A stretch of 64,000 bases of DNA from an uncultured Verrucomicrobiae bacterium (GCA_963837955.1 CAWIPH010000002.1:2592001-2656000); one strand, 5' to 3'. Counted from the stretch's first letter, positions 10,937 through 20,339 are shown. Made by a program: numbers and translations. The notes: generated by a model from the sequence alone, not told the origin.

Positions 10937-11428
10937 TTACTGTTCTGCCGGCGTGGTACGGGGCATTGGGCTGGCAGAAGGTGCCGGCGTTGCACCCGAC
11001 CGTTCCCGGGTGTCGCTGGCACGCATTGCCTCCTCCGAAACTAGACCGGAGGCTTCAGGGGTTTCGATAACCCCATACGGGTCTCTAAGCGGGCGCTTAC
11101 TGAGAAATTGGGTGAAGGTCCATAGATCTCTGGTAATTCCTCCTAAATGGATCTGCGACATGCCCGAGGCTGAGTCCTCCTGAACTAACTGAACTATGGT
11201 TCCGGAGATGAGATAGTAGGACCGAAGCTCGTCGACCATTTGGAGCTCTGTCTCATCGGTATGATGTTTCGTGATCTGGCGCAGATCTTCCTTAGAAGGA
11301 CAAGCGTAAGGGCCATCGATGACGACCCAGCGATATTCTTGGGCGGCGGGCTCATTATCATTGGCGGCTAACGCGGCGGATGTCAGGCCGAAAACGATAG
11401 CGCCGAAAACAACGTTTTTTGCGTTCAT
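10937..11428 (-). CDS. Hypothetical secreted protein
   Basis: Signal peptide ending ALA-A and a Pro/Ala/Ser-rich tail; family not recognised. Confidence 0.7.
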   Translation of the reverse strand: MNAKNVVFGAIVFGLTSAALAANDNEPAAQEYRWVVIDGPYACPSKEDLRQITKHHTDETELQMVDELRSYYLISGTIVQLVQEDSASGMSQIHLGGITRDLWTFTQFLSKRPLRDPYGVIETPEASGLVSEEAMRASDTRERSGATPAPSASPMPRTTPAEQ

Positions 11429-11711
11429 AAGTCAGACGAGAGACACGGGAATTGGATGATGGTCATACATCTCTTCTTAGCGCTAGTTTTAGGGACCGGT
11501 CGCTTTTTGTCCCATCTGCCGTGACCGCTGTCCGAAACTACTTCTGCTACACCTAAGGAGATGCGGTGAGCAATTGCACCCTGCGCCAGAAGTAAACCAA
11601 TGCTTCTGTTAACCGATGCGCTCGGCTAACTCGAAGATCGGAAGTTTTGCGGAGAAGCTTTTCTTGCTCGTTCCATCCGCGGACGAGCTTGGAAAGGGAC
11701 AGCCGGGCTGG

Positions 11712-12176
11712 TCACGCGAAAACATCCACGCCGAAAGTATCTCTGCCGTTTGTCGAAGTGCGGATGAGTCGATCGATACTTATTTCGTACTGACGCCGCC
11801 ACCGCACAGATCGCACAATCTCGACGTCGACTATCACCGCCGCTATCATGAGAGCCGGCACTCCGATCGAGGGAACGATGAATAGCCAGAACGGCAACCC
11901 GAGAGCCACAATAATCCAAACAATACAGCTGGCTACCGGAAGTAAGCGTGGCCGGCGAGTCCAAAACCAATTGGCACGGGCAAGCTCATCATTATCGGTT
12001 GGATACGTATGAAGCTCCGATTTTTCGAGTAATTGAACAGGGGATAACTGTTCATATTTCCAATGCGGATCGTCTTGGAGGTCTCGCCAGACTTCGCCTA
12101 GACATTTAGCGAAACCAAGCTTCTTCCAGAAGGAGCGGCTACGAATGCATTGGTTGTTTTTAAAAGACTCATTCAT
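11712..12176 (-). CDS. Hypothetical two-TM membrane protein (paralog at 29776-30090)
   Basis: From MNESF; WRDLQDDPHWKYEQLSPV...DELARANWFW.RRP is shared with the second ORF, which supports coding status. Confidence 0.7.
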   Translation of the reverse strand: MNESFKNNQCIRSRSFWKKLGFAKCLGEVWRDLQDDPHWKYEQLSPVQLLEKSELHTYPTDNDELARANWFWTRRPRLLPVASCIVWIIVALGLPFWLFIVPSIGVPALMIAAVIVDVEIVRSVRWRRQYEISIDRLIRTSTNGRDTFGVDVFA

Positions 12177-12575
12177 TTTCACTTCAACGAGAGATGGGCG
12201 CTCAAATAATTGGCGATTAACGAATAACTCTTTCGAATCACCCGCGAGGTCAGCCTCCGAAATGTGAATTACTAGACAACAGAAGGAGAGACCCGGTCCG
12301 TTTTTTGGCCAAATTGCCGTATTTGCTGTCCGTCTGCGCCGCCCCCAGTCGCGGTCGAGAATAGAACGGAAAGACCGCGGCCAGTGCAGGATATGCCGCC
12401 CCTCGGAGGCGGGTGAACGATGCAACAGCTCAGACGACGAATACGGCAACTTAGACAAAAAGAAATAGGCCTGGCAGATAGTCGAGTTTCTTCTCACTGA
12501 CATTTTGAGTGGGCGAGAATCACCGCGGCTGCTCCGGCGAAATCCAGAATTGGACTAGGTACTATAAAAAATTTC

Positions 12576-13034
12576 ATGAAAAGAACGCGATTAGTCTTAG
12601 CCGTCATGATGCTGTTTGTTGGAAATATGCATGCTGGCACCGAAGAGCAGCAGATCGTGGATACAGTCAGCACGATATTCGCTGCCGCTCTCACCGACGA
12701 TGTTGCGAAGTTCGATTCTGTTATTGCCTCAGACTTTTACATTTTTGATGGAGGTGCCCGATTCAACGGAGACAGCGTTATGGCCTTCATCAAGGCCCAA
12801 CATGCTGCGGGCAAGCGCTACGAGTGGAACGTGACCGAACCCGACGTCCACATTAGCGGCAACACCGCTTGGATTGCCTATGTCAATAAAGGCAGCATCA
12901 CCGACGCCTCGGGTACTGCGAAACAGAATTGGCTCGAATCAGGCTTCCTCGAAAAACGGGCAGGCGACTGGAAGATCGTCTTCATGCATAGCACCCGCGT
13001 TCCCATGATACCTCCAGAGAACCATGGCAAATGA
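12576..13034 (+). CDS. Secreted NTF2-like/SnoaL (DUF4440-like) protein
   Basis: Signal peptide; VHISGNTAWIAY...WKIVFMHST. Confidence 0.8.
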   Translation: MKRTRLVLAVMMLFVGNMHAGTEEQQIVDTVSTIFAAALTDDVAKFDSVIASDFYIFDGGARFNGDSVMAFIKAQHAAGKRYEWNVTEPDVHISGNTAWIAYVNKGSITDASGTAKQNWLESGFLEKRAGDWKIVFMHSTRVPMIPPENHGK

Positions 13035-13070
13035 GGCTCTGCTGCGCGACTCGGAACTCCAGTCGGTCCC

Positions 13071-13295
13071 GTCCCGGAAGGGACATTGCGATAGTAGCCC
13101 AGCAATTTATTGCTGGGTAAGTGATATCAAGGGGTGCCGTCCCGCTAGGGACGATCGAAACGTTGAGGTAATGGGTTGCAATTGTGACTTCACGAGCGCA
13201 GAGGGTGAATCGATCGTCCCTAGCGGGACGGACGCGTCTTTAATGCTATCCCAGCACTGAAGTGCTGGGCTACTTTCGCGTGTCCCTCCCGGGAC
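13071..13295. repeat. ~225-bp nested-palindrome element (REPIN-like), family R2, copy A
   Basis: Arms gtccc..gggaca..GTAGcccagcaatttattgctggg..ccgtcccgctagggacgatcga and their reverse complement. Confidence 0.88.
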
Positions 13296-13298
13296 AGA

Positions 13299-13457
13299 TC
13301 ACTTAACGTACGCGCACAGCACTCGACTTCTCATAGGCGTCAACAAGGCGGTGATGCCCACTATGAAAAACACCCGCCAAGCCGGGTTGCAGATGCTGTA
13401 AGCGAACGAGGATCCAATTTCGCAGCCTGAATCCAATGGGAGCCTCATTTCTGGCGC
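13299..13457. repeat. ~155-bp tail repeat, copy 1 (copy 2 at 13800-13957)
   Basis: acgcgcacagcact...gcggtgatgcccactatgaaaaacacccgccaagcc...ccaatttcgcagcctgaatccaatgggag in both copies. Confidence 0.88.
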
Positions 13458-13565
13458 CACTTTCAGCGCACAACATTTGGAACACGCTTTCCCGGGGTTA
13501 AAACCCATAAGCGCTAAGTTAAGAGGTCGCGATCAGGATCGTTGTTAGCGGTTAGAGAAAGTCAA

Positions 13566-13794
13566 GTCCCATAGGGACCTCACGAAAGTAGCCCAGTACG
13601 AAGTGCTGGGTTAGCGTTCTTAAAGAGCTATCCGTCCCGTCCGGGACGATCGACCAATACCGGCAATCGCTGAGCGGCGTGCGAGACCATCAAAAGCCGA
13701 ACGTTTCGATCGTCCCTTGACGGGACGGACGTGTCTTTTTGGATCATTTCCCAGCACTTCGTACTGGGCTACTTTCACTGTGTCCCTCCGGGAC
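13566..13794. repeat. Family R2 nested palindrome, copy B
   Basis: gaaagtagcccagtacgaagtgctggg ... cccagcacttcgtactgggctactttc; inner arms ccgtcccgtc-gggacgatcga. Confidence 0.88.
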
Positions 13795-13799
13795 AGATC

Positions 13800-13957
13800 T
13801 CTTGACATACGCGCACAGCACTTGACTTCTCATAAGCGTCACCAACGCGGTGATGCCCACTATGAAAAACACCCGCCAAGCCAGGATGCAGATGCTGTAA
13901 GGCATTAGGACCCAATTTCGCAGCCTGAATCCAATGGGAGTATCTATTCGGGCGCCT
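13800..13957. repeat. ~155-bp tail repeat, copy 2
   Basis: Diverged direct repeat of 13299-13457. Confidence 0.85.
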
Positions 13958-13977
13958 TCATGCATCGCCGTCAATAG

Positions 13978-13991
13978 TATCGACATCAATA
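13978..13991. promoter_or_regulatory. Probable MarR operator
   Basis: tatcgacatcaata; 13/14 identical to the reverse complement of 15177-15190. Confidence 0.6.
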
Positions 13992-14029
13992 TACAGCTTA
14001 GCTCATTCTCCTGGGGGCAAGTATTTCTT

Positions 14030-14503
14030 ATGAAAAAGACCTCATCGGATGCAATTCATGTTTGGCTCGTGCTGAATAAGGCATTCCAAGCCATTACCAG
14101 ACATGCCGCCGCCGGAATTCAGCACGCCGGTTTGGGTGATTCAGACTTCCGAGTTCTGGAGGTGCTCCTCCACAAGGGTCCTCTACCCGTAAATACGATC
14201 GGGCCGAAGGTGAATCTCACCCCAGGCTCGATCAGCATCGCGGTTGACCGTCTCTATGCCAAGGGGCTGGTAAGCCGGATTGAAAGCGCCGAGGATCGTC
14301 GCATCCGGATCGTCGGACTCACCCCGAGCGGCAAGAAACTTATCGTTCCGGTTTTTCGAAAGCACGCGGCAGACATGAAGAAAATCTTCTCTCAGCTTTC
14401 CTCGGACGAGCTGCGACAACTCGAAAACATTTTGAAAAAAGTTGGCAGGCGCGCAGAAGCGCTCGGTGTCAGTGAGGGCGACGGACCGAATAACTCAAGA
14501 TAA
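14030..14503 (+). CDS. MarR family transcriptional regulator
   Basis: GLGDSDFRVLEVLLHKGPLPVNTIG...VDRLYAKGLVSR...DRRIRIVGLT. Confidence 0.92.
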   Translation: MKKTSSDAIHVWLVLNKAFQAITRHAAAGIQHAGLGDSDFRVLEVLLHKGPLPVNTIGPKVNLTPGSISIAVDRLYAKGLVSRIESAEDRRIRIVGLTPSGKKLIVPVFRKHAADMKKIFSQLSSDELRQLENILKKVGRRAEALGVSEGDGPNNSR

Positions 14504-14679
14504 CAGAAAAGATCAGCAACGCGGAGGAGCAAAGTCTCCTGGACGTCTGCGCCTCAGTGTTGAATGGAGGTTTTGATTCTCTTGCTCCTGCAAATCAGCT
14601 CATTAGAGTGAAATGGTGACTACGGTTTTCCGAATTAGTTAAGCGCGGACGCTCTCTCCTTGCCGCGCTCCTTCATCGT

Positions 14680-15121
14680 TTATGCCTCAGCTGGGGGAGT
14701 CCACCCGCCGATCTGCTGCATGAGGGACAAGAGATTACCCACACCCCAATGGTCAGTGATCTTCCCGTTATGCACGCGCATGACATCGACTGACTCGAAG
14801 TGGATCTTGCGATGGGTAGCAGCGATGCCAAGGAAAGGCCCTTCATGCTTCCCGTGATACGTCTTATAAAGTCGTCACGCATTCACCATCGGCAAGCTGC
14901 CAGTGGATTTCCGCATGGAAGTCAGGGAACGCAGCACGAATATAGCTGTAAAGCTTTCGTACACCCTCCTTGTCAGGAGTCGTGTTCGGCTGCGGTGTGT
15001 GGTCAACGAAATCATCGGCGAAAAGTTCTTCAAACACGCCGAAGTCCCCTCCGCCTTGCACTTCTTCGGTATTTCGGCGGACAACCGCTTTGGCTGCATC
15101 TGACGCTGTGATGGTGCTCAT
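14680..15121 (-). pseudogene. SnoaL-like ester cyclase, frameshifted
   Basis: ...AAFPDFHAEIHWQLADGECVTT; removing one T at 14868-14870 continues YKTYHGKHEGPFLGIAATHRKIHFESVDVMRVHNGKITDHWG to TAA at 14680. Confidence 0.85.
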
Positions 15122-15176
15122 TTGGCTAATCTCCCCCGAGACTGATGGATTGATCTATCTATATCGTTATCAAGCG

Positions 15177-15190
15177 TATTGATGTCAATA
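15177..15190. promoter_or_regulatory. Probable MarR operator upstream of the ester cyclase
   Basis: Near-palindrome tattgatgtcaata matching the site upstream of marR. Confidence 0.6.
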
Positions 15191-15236
15191 CAATATCTGA
15201 ACCTGGCCGCCAGCCGACTTAGTCAACGAGGCAACG

Positions 15237-16517
15237 TCAAAGCTTCTGTGCCAGAGGTCGCCGTAGGGCAAACACCTGTTCCAAAATGTCAACAGCCTTT
15301 TCCAGTCCGTTGATATTTGCTATCACTTGCCGCATGCGATTCGCATTCTCGCGATACTCCGGATTCCGCAGCACCCTGTCGATCAGTAAAGTTAGTCGAG
15401 GAACTGTCAGTTCTTTCAATGGCACGAATGCGCCGGTTTTCGTATAGGCGATCCTCGCAGCTACACCTGGCTGATCATTGGTAACCGGAATCGCAACTAA
15501 CGGAACTCCCTGGGTTAGTGCCTCGAGTGTCGTATTTAGGCCGGCATGGGTGATACATAGGGCAGAACGGTTCAGCAAGTCGATTTGGGGGGCGTGATTT
15601 ACCACGATTGCGCTGGCCGGCAATGACTTGATCTGCCGAGGATCAAGGACCGGTCCGATAGAAAGGACTAACTGCATGCCCGCACGTTCGCCGACGGCTT
15701 GCGCAATCGTGTTGAACACATCCTCCAGACCATTCTGGGCGGTTCCCATCGAGGCGTAGATGAGCGGCTCCCCGGTTAGGCGATCCCAGGGAAAGTCCGG
15801 GTTGTTCCTACCAGAACCGTCGTGGAACGGCCCTGTGTGGTGGAACTGGGGCGGCCAATGCGAACTCGGAAAGTCGAACTCCTTTGGAGTTTGGGTTAGC
15901 CAGGCGAGCCTCGAAATACCAGCGAGCGGATCGTTGCAATCAAAATCCAGGCCCACTTCTTCGGCATAGGTGCGCCCAATCGATCTATTCCGCTCGAGCA
16001 ATTGTAAGAAGCTGCGAACAGCTTCTTTGTTTCGAGCAAACGCTTCCGGTGTTGTCTCATGTGGCCAATCAAAGGCAAAGAGCGGAGTGTGCCCGGAAAA
16101 ATCGTAGTGGAGAGAGTTCGAGACGTGAACGTACGGCATGTCCAGGTGCATTGGAACAAGCCCGAGTTCTATCTGGACCGCGTCGAGTACCAACGCCTCC
16201 ACGCCGGTTTCGCGCAACGCTTGTGGGAGACGGTCGAACTCCGTCTGCAGTATCTCAGCGATCGTGCGATGAGTGAACTCTAGTGCGTCTTGCCCTTGCA
16301 ACCTGCTCAACTGATCCATCTTCTTACGAAACGAACCAGTTGGATATTCTTTCTCGCAGTAGGCGACGAATGGCAGTTCCGCAGCGCGAACGAGAGGTGC
16401 GGCGTCAGGAGTGCCAATCGAAACGACATCGTGCCCGCGGCTCTTTAATCGGCGCGCTAGCGAGCTCATCGGATAGGCGTGTCCCGGCACTGCGGGCATT
16501 AAGAATGCAACCCTCAT
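15237..16517 (-). CDS. GT1/MGT-family UDP-glycosyltransferase (CrtX/YjiC-like)
   Basis: PGHAYPM catalytic His, YASMGT, APQIDLL...CITHAGLNTTLEALTQGVP...DQPGVAAR. Confidence 0.92.
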   Translation of the reverse strand: MRVAFLMPAVPGHAYPMSSLARRLKSRGHDVVSIGTPDAAPLVRAAELPFVAYCEKEYPTGSFRKKMDQLSRLQGQDALEFTHRTIAEILQTEFDRLPQALRETGVEALVLDAVQIELGLVPMHLDMPYVHVSNSLHYDFSGHTPLFAFDWPHETTPEAFARNKEAVRSFLQLLERNRSIGRTYAEEVGLDFDCNDPLAGISRLAWLTQTPKEFDFPSSHWPPQFHHTGPFHDGSGRNNPDFPWDRLTGEPLIYASMGTAQNGLEDVFNTIAQAVGERAGMQLVLSIGPVLDPRQIKSLPASAIVVNHAPQIDLLNRSALCITHAGLNTTLEALTQGVPLVAIPVTNDQPGVAARIAYTKTGAFVPLKELTVPRLTLLIDRVLRNPEYRENANRMRQVIANINGLEKAVDILEQVFALRRPLAQKL

Positions 16518-16530
16518 AGTAATTCCCCGA

Positions 16531-17487
16531 TCAACATCCTGCGGACTTGCGATAGGCATCCGGACCGCATCCGGAAACGGCGTGAAATCGGACACTGAAG
16601 TGGCTCGGCTTCCGGTAACCGACGCGCTCGGCTATTTCGAAGATCGGTAATCGTGTTTTGCGGAGAAGCTGCTTCGCCCGTTCCATCCGGGTACGAGTCA
16701 CGAACTGAAAAGGGGTAACCCCGGTTGCCGTCTTGAATAAGCGCGCGAAGTGAAATTCGCTTAAGCCGGCAGCTCGAGAAATCGAACGCAGCTCAAGAGA
16801 TTCTCCGATATGATCATGGATGTAATCGATCGCCGCACGCAGTTGATCGTCGGTAAGCCGCGGTCGGCCGGAAAGCGGGTATCTGACTTCGGCATAGTTG
16901 CGGAGAATTTGCGCACACGCCGCATTCAGCAGGGTCTCGATAAAGAGGTTCGCTGCCGGATCCTTGATTCGCGGCGCAGACGTAAGAGCGGCGGTGATTT
17001 CGTGCAGGAAAGGGTCGGGTGTCGCAAATGTTGGTATAAAGTCGAGCGGACGACCGATCCCATTCGTTAACGCTAGCTCTGCCAGATAGCTAGGCTCGAA
17101 AACGAGGTAACTGAAAGACAAGACCCGGTGCGGGTCGTCCGTCACGGGACGAAGCATGATCGGCACATCAGCGGGAAGGAAAGCAATGTCGCCTTTTGCC
17201 GTGGTCTCCCGTCTGGTGCGCCCGTTCAAATTTCGATCGAATTTCATCGGCCGATCGAAATGATGGAGGCAGACGACATGCTGCTTTGGACGATGCTGCG
17301 CGATAGCGTACGCGTTTTGCCACAGATTGAGTTTCACCTGCAGATTGAATAGTTTCACCTGACCGCTCCTGAGCCGGACGCAGCTCAACAACGAAGGAGG
17401 GGGGGCGAACTCGAACTCGGGCGGGGTGCATTTAGAACCGTAGTCGATGCCGCCGATCGGATTCGGATCGATGTTTTGTGGAATCAT
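16531..17487 (-). CDS. AraC family transcriptional regulator (paralog of 21104-22024)
   Basis: AGLSEFHFARLFKTATG...RMERAKQLL...IAERVGY..PSHFS. Confidence 0.92.
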   Translation of the reverse strand: MIPQNIDPNPIGGIDYGSKCTPPEFEFAPPPSLLSCVRLRSGQVKLFNLQVKLNLWQNAYAIAQHRPKQHVVCLHHFDRPMKFDRNLNGRTRRETTAKGDIAFLPADVPIMLRPVTDDPHRVLSFSYLVFEPSYLAELALTNGIGRPLDFIPTFATPDPFLHEITAALTSAPRIKDPAANLFIETLLNAACAQILRNYAEVRYPLSGRPRLTDDQLRAAIDYIHDHIGESLELRSISRAAGLSEFHFARLFKTATGVTPFQFVTRTRMERAKQLLRKTRLPIFEIAERVGYRKPSHFSVRFHAVSGCGPDAYRKSAGC

Positions 17488-17614
17488 CTCTTCGTTTACG
17501 ACTGACTTTGGTAAGTCAATTAGAGGTCAGGATCTTGGCGATCGGTCGTTTTTTGTCCGAGTGGCCGTAATCATTGTCTCAACGGCGCTGGCTCGACGCG
17601 TCCCCAGAATTGCA

Positions 17615-17680
17615 GTAGCCTGATCAATCGCCGCAGGAGATTGGCGCGCCTTGGATTCCTGAGGCGGAGCATCAGGCTAC
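17615..17680. repeat. Family R1 REP-like palindrome, copy 2 (left arm degenerate)
   Basis: gtagcctgatc...caggagattggcgcgccttggattcctgaggcggagcatcaggctac. Confidence 0.85.
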
Positions 17681-17686
17681 GCGGCC

Positions 17687-18166
17687 TCACTCCTCTCCAT
17701 CGTAGTACTCCAGATCTTGGGAGCGTATATAATTCGTCTCGGGCGAGCGCACTAGCCATTTCCGACTATCTGGGTAATAGGCGGATTCGCCGATTGGATT
17801 ATCCGCGACGATAAGAAAGAGAAGGTCTTCGGTACTATTATTGATAATTTGATGTGGCTCGCCTGGTTCGAAAAGAAATGCATCGCCGGCTTCGATCTGG
17901 GTTGTTCCATCTTGGTGTCGCGCTAGACCCCTTCCGGCAATCACATGATAGAACTCCCATTGGGCGCTATGAGAATGATAAGGGCAATTGGCTTTGCCTG
18001 GAGGAATGCGGCAGATCTCGACATCAAAGGGATGGCGCTTTTTGATGTCAGTCGAAGAGGGGTCACGCCCGAGCGCCTCTGAAACGTGTGTGCCTGCACC
18101 GCAGAATTTTCCTTTCGGCGAAGCCCAGGAGCGCTCTGCTATATCCTTCGTATTAATCTTGCGCAT
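17687..18166 (-). CDS. Cupin domain protein
   Basis: PPGKANCPYHSHSAQWEFYHVIAGRG...AGDAFLFEPGEPHQIIN...YYPDS. Confidence 0.88.
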   Translation of the reverse strand: MRKINTKDIAERSWASPKGKFCGAGTHVSEALGRDPSSTDIKKRHPFDVEICRIPPGKANCPYHSHSAQWEFYHVIAGRGLARHQDGTTQIEAGDAFLFEPGEPHQIINNSTEDLLFLIVADNPIGESAYYPDSRKWLVRSPETNYIRSQDLEYYDGEE

Positions 18167-18306
18167 GATCTCTATTCTTCTTTCCGCTGGCCTTTGGATA
18201 AATAAGAAAACAATCCCAGGTGTCCGGCACAACGGGAATTCAAGGTGCGACGTACCGGTCCGGATACGCCCTACCGCGCCCAGGCCCCAAAAAAATTCGC
18301 GAGAGG

Positions 18307-18333
18307 TGTCCTGATGCCGCTGGCTCGTTCGTC
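18307..18333 (+). promoter_or_regulatory. ECF-sigma-like promoter motif (TGTC...CGTC)
   Basis: tgtcctgat...ctcgttcgtcg; same motif on the minus strand at 36845-36872 before the other YciI gene. Confidence 0.6.
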
Positions 18334-18385
18334 GTATCTATTGAAACGAACAAACCAAGCAAACCAAATAAAGGAGAACTCGGGA

Positions 18386-18640
18386 ATGAATATTGATTAT
18401 GGTTTCTTTCATCTTTTGACGGCACTTAGATCAATGCGAAATAGCAATAGCTTTGATCAGATTCAGGAATCGCCTTCTGCGGTTGAGCCGAAGCTGCCGG
18501 ACATTGACCATTCGCTGCTCAGGCGGACGTTTCTCCATCAGGATCGCGCGCCGCGCCGGATTTTAACTGTCAGGGATGACCTATCTGCGAACGCCGCTTG
18601 CTATCCTGTCCACGGCGTCACTGTTATACCTGGTGGCTAG
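18386..18640 (+). CDS. Small hypothetical protein or decayed gene
   Basis: AAGGAG then ATG, downstream of the ECF-like motif; no domain recognised. Confidence 0.3.
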   Translation: MNIDYGFFHLLTALRSMRNSNSFDQIQESPSAVEPKLPDIDHSLLRRTFLHQDRAPRRILTVRDDLSANAACYPVHGVTVIPGG

Positions 18641-18704
18641 ACGTATGCGCTCCTTCAACTGAGCAAACGGTCGATCGAACGGTGAATCCTTACTAAAAAC
18701 CCAT

Positions 18705-19079
18705 ATGAATGCGGAGCCAACAACTTCCGAATACATGCTACTGTTTCGAGGTATGCACTGGGACAAGAGCTTGTCTCCAGAAGAAATTCAAAATGTCATG
18801 AGCCGATGGATCACGTGGTTCGATCGATTGACGCAAGAAGGTAAGGCCCGAGCCGGTCAACCACTGACGGCAGCGGGTAAGGTTGTTTCCGGAAAAGGGC
18901 GGACTGTGGTCGACGGTCCTTTCGCGGAATCGAAGGAGACCGTTGCCGGCTATATTCTGTTACAAGTGAATAGCTTCGATGAAGCAGTGGAAATAGCCAA
19001 AGAGTGCCCCGGACTTGATTACGATGTCAGCGTCGAGGTTCGACTGATAGACCAGCAGATTGGCCGCGGCATAGTATAG
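18705..19079 (+). CDS. YciI/DGPF family protein
   Basis: EYMLLFRG...DGPFAESKETVAGY...ECPGL...VEVR. Confidence 0.92.
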   Translation: MNAEPTTSEYMLLFRGMHWDKSLSPEEIQNVMSRWITWFDRLTQEGKARAGQPLTAAGKVVSGKGRTVVDGPFAESKETVAGYILLQVNSFDEAVEIAKECPGLDYDVSVEVRLIDQQIGRGIV

Positions 19080-19131
19080 CCGGGTGAAGAGATCTCACGA
19101 TAAGGACCAGTCGTGGGGAAACGGGAGATCA

Positions 19132-19563
19132 GGGGTCACTCCTCCGTTTGTAAAAAATTGTACGCTAAGGGGCAAAGTCGGGAAGCGGTTGGCTCCGAAG
19201 TGGACGCAGCTTTCGATATCGCCGGGGTCTGCGCTCACCTGCGCAGCGATCCAACGCAGCATCGTCGCCGGAATTCGTTCCTCCGGCGTCCACGCCCATC
19301 CCGGATGGCGTAAAAAGCACAGTTGTACCGCTATTCCAAGCCGGTTGCTATTGGTCCTGTGAGCGCCGATGAATTCCAAATCGCTCGGCCTGAAGCGGTA
19401 GCGCTCTTCGAGCTCACGAAGGCCGGTCGGTAACGCTAGCAACTGCACTCTCTGAGCCCTGGAGAGAAGCTCGCGCCGCTTACTCGTGTTTGCCTCCAAG
19501 AGGCCATCTTATTCTAGTAACAGACCCTTAGCGTACAATTTTTACAAACGGAGGAGTGACCCC
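19132..19563 (-). mobile_element. Non-autonomous Tn3-family miniature element, copy 1 (432 bp)
   Basis: 38-bp IR ggggtcactcctccgtttgtaaaaaattgtacgctaag; internal remnant KRRELLSRAQRVQLLALP...NRLGIAVQLCFLRHPG resembles the Tn3 transposase N-terminus (DUF4158-like). Confidence 0.95.
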
Positions 19564-19793
19564 TGGTTCGGTATTCAGAATCCTTTGAACACGACGTAGA
19601 GGAGCTTGTAAGTCGAGCTCGGGAATTAGGACTGGAAGGTTTGGTCGCAAAGCGCCGAGGCTCCCAGTATCAGGCGGAAAGGCGTAGCGGCGTATGGCTC
19701 AAGCTCAAGCTTCAACAAGAGCACGATTTCGTTATCGGTGGATACACCGAACCGGAAGGATCTCGGAAGTATTTTGGTGCGTTGCTTGTGGGG
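19564..19793 (+). pseudogene. ligD: Internal fragment of ATP-dependent DNA ligase (LigD-type)
   Basis: VRYSESF...GLEGLVAKRRGSQY...RSGVWLKLK...[23 protein letters not shown]; begins exactly at the element IR. Confidence 0.85.
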
Positions 19794-19807
19794 GGTAGCC
19801 CAACAAA

Positions 19808-20038
19808 GGTAATGCTTGGCAACTCGTCATGACCGCCAGCCTCCAGCAAGAGCACGTGCAAACTGAGATTTTCCGCCAGCCGCCGGGCTACCACTGAACC
19901 GGACGAACCCGACCCACAGACAATGAAATCGTAATTCGGTTTCAGTTCAGACGCGAGTTTCTGTTGATTAGTCCGGACGCGTTCCGCAAGATTGCTGTCA
20001 GCACCATCCGGTTGCGGATTCTGATTTGTAGTGCTCAT
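19808..20038 (-). pseudogene. N-terminal fragment of GMC oxidoreductase
   Basis: [30 protein letters not shown], close to 23180-24823, then breaks off against the ligase fragment. Confidence 0.88.
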
Positions 20039-20339
20039 AAATTGTGTTGTTGCTTAGTGCCTAAACAACGACTGGTTTTTGAATACGCATAGCTAAAGGC
20101 CAGGATCGCAGATATCAGCCAGTTTCTGTTCCAGCTGCCGGAAGTTCTTTCCGAATTGCGCATCGCGAGTCCAGTGTTTAGCCGGCAGGCTTATTAAGAA
20201 GCGCGTCTGCGACGAAAGTTTCGGAACAATCCCTTCTCGGACAGCAATTACGGCGCTTGAGACAAAAACGGCGGGAGCCCTGAAATTTGGCGTCTACTAC
20301 TTCCTGTCTGTAACTCCTTCGGATACCGAAGAAAAAGAT

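Noticed and set aside
13071..13957. R2 palindromes as integron attC sites, or the short ORFs in the tails (PIGFRLRNW) as genes
   Set aside because: There are no clear RYYYAAC/GTTRRRY ends, no integrase and no cassette array. The ORFs shift frame between copies and lack RBSs.
15237..16517. Assigning crtX (zeaxanthin glucosyltransferase) to the glycosyltransferases
   Set aside because: Family resemblance only; no carotenoid genes are nearby.
19095..19499. Functional transposase ORF (also 35827-36198)
   Set aside because: Only ~120-130 codons against ~1000 aa for Tn3 TnpA, with no catalytic DDE domain; the two copies end differently in flanking DNA.
19790..19810. GGGGTAG at the ligD/GMC junction as another Tn3 IR
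   Set aside because: No further similarity to the 38-bp IR and no partner end.
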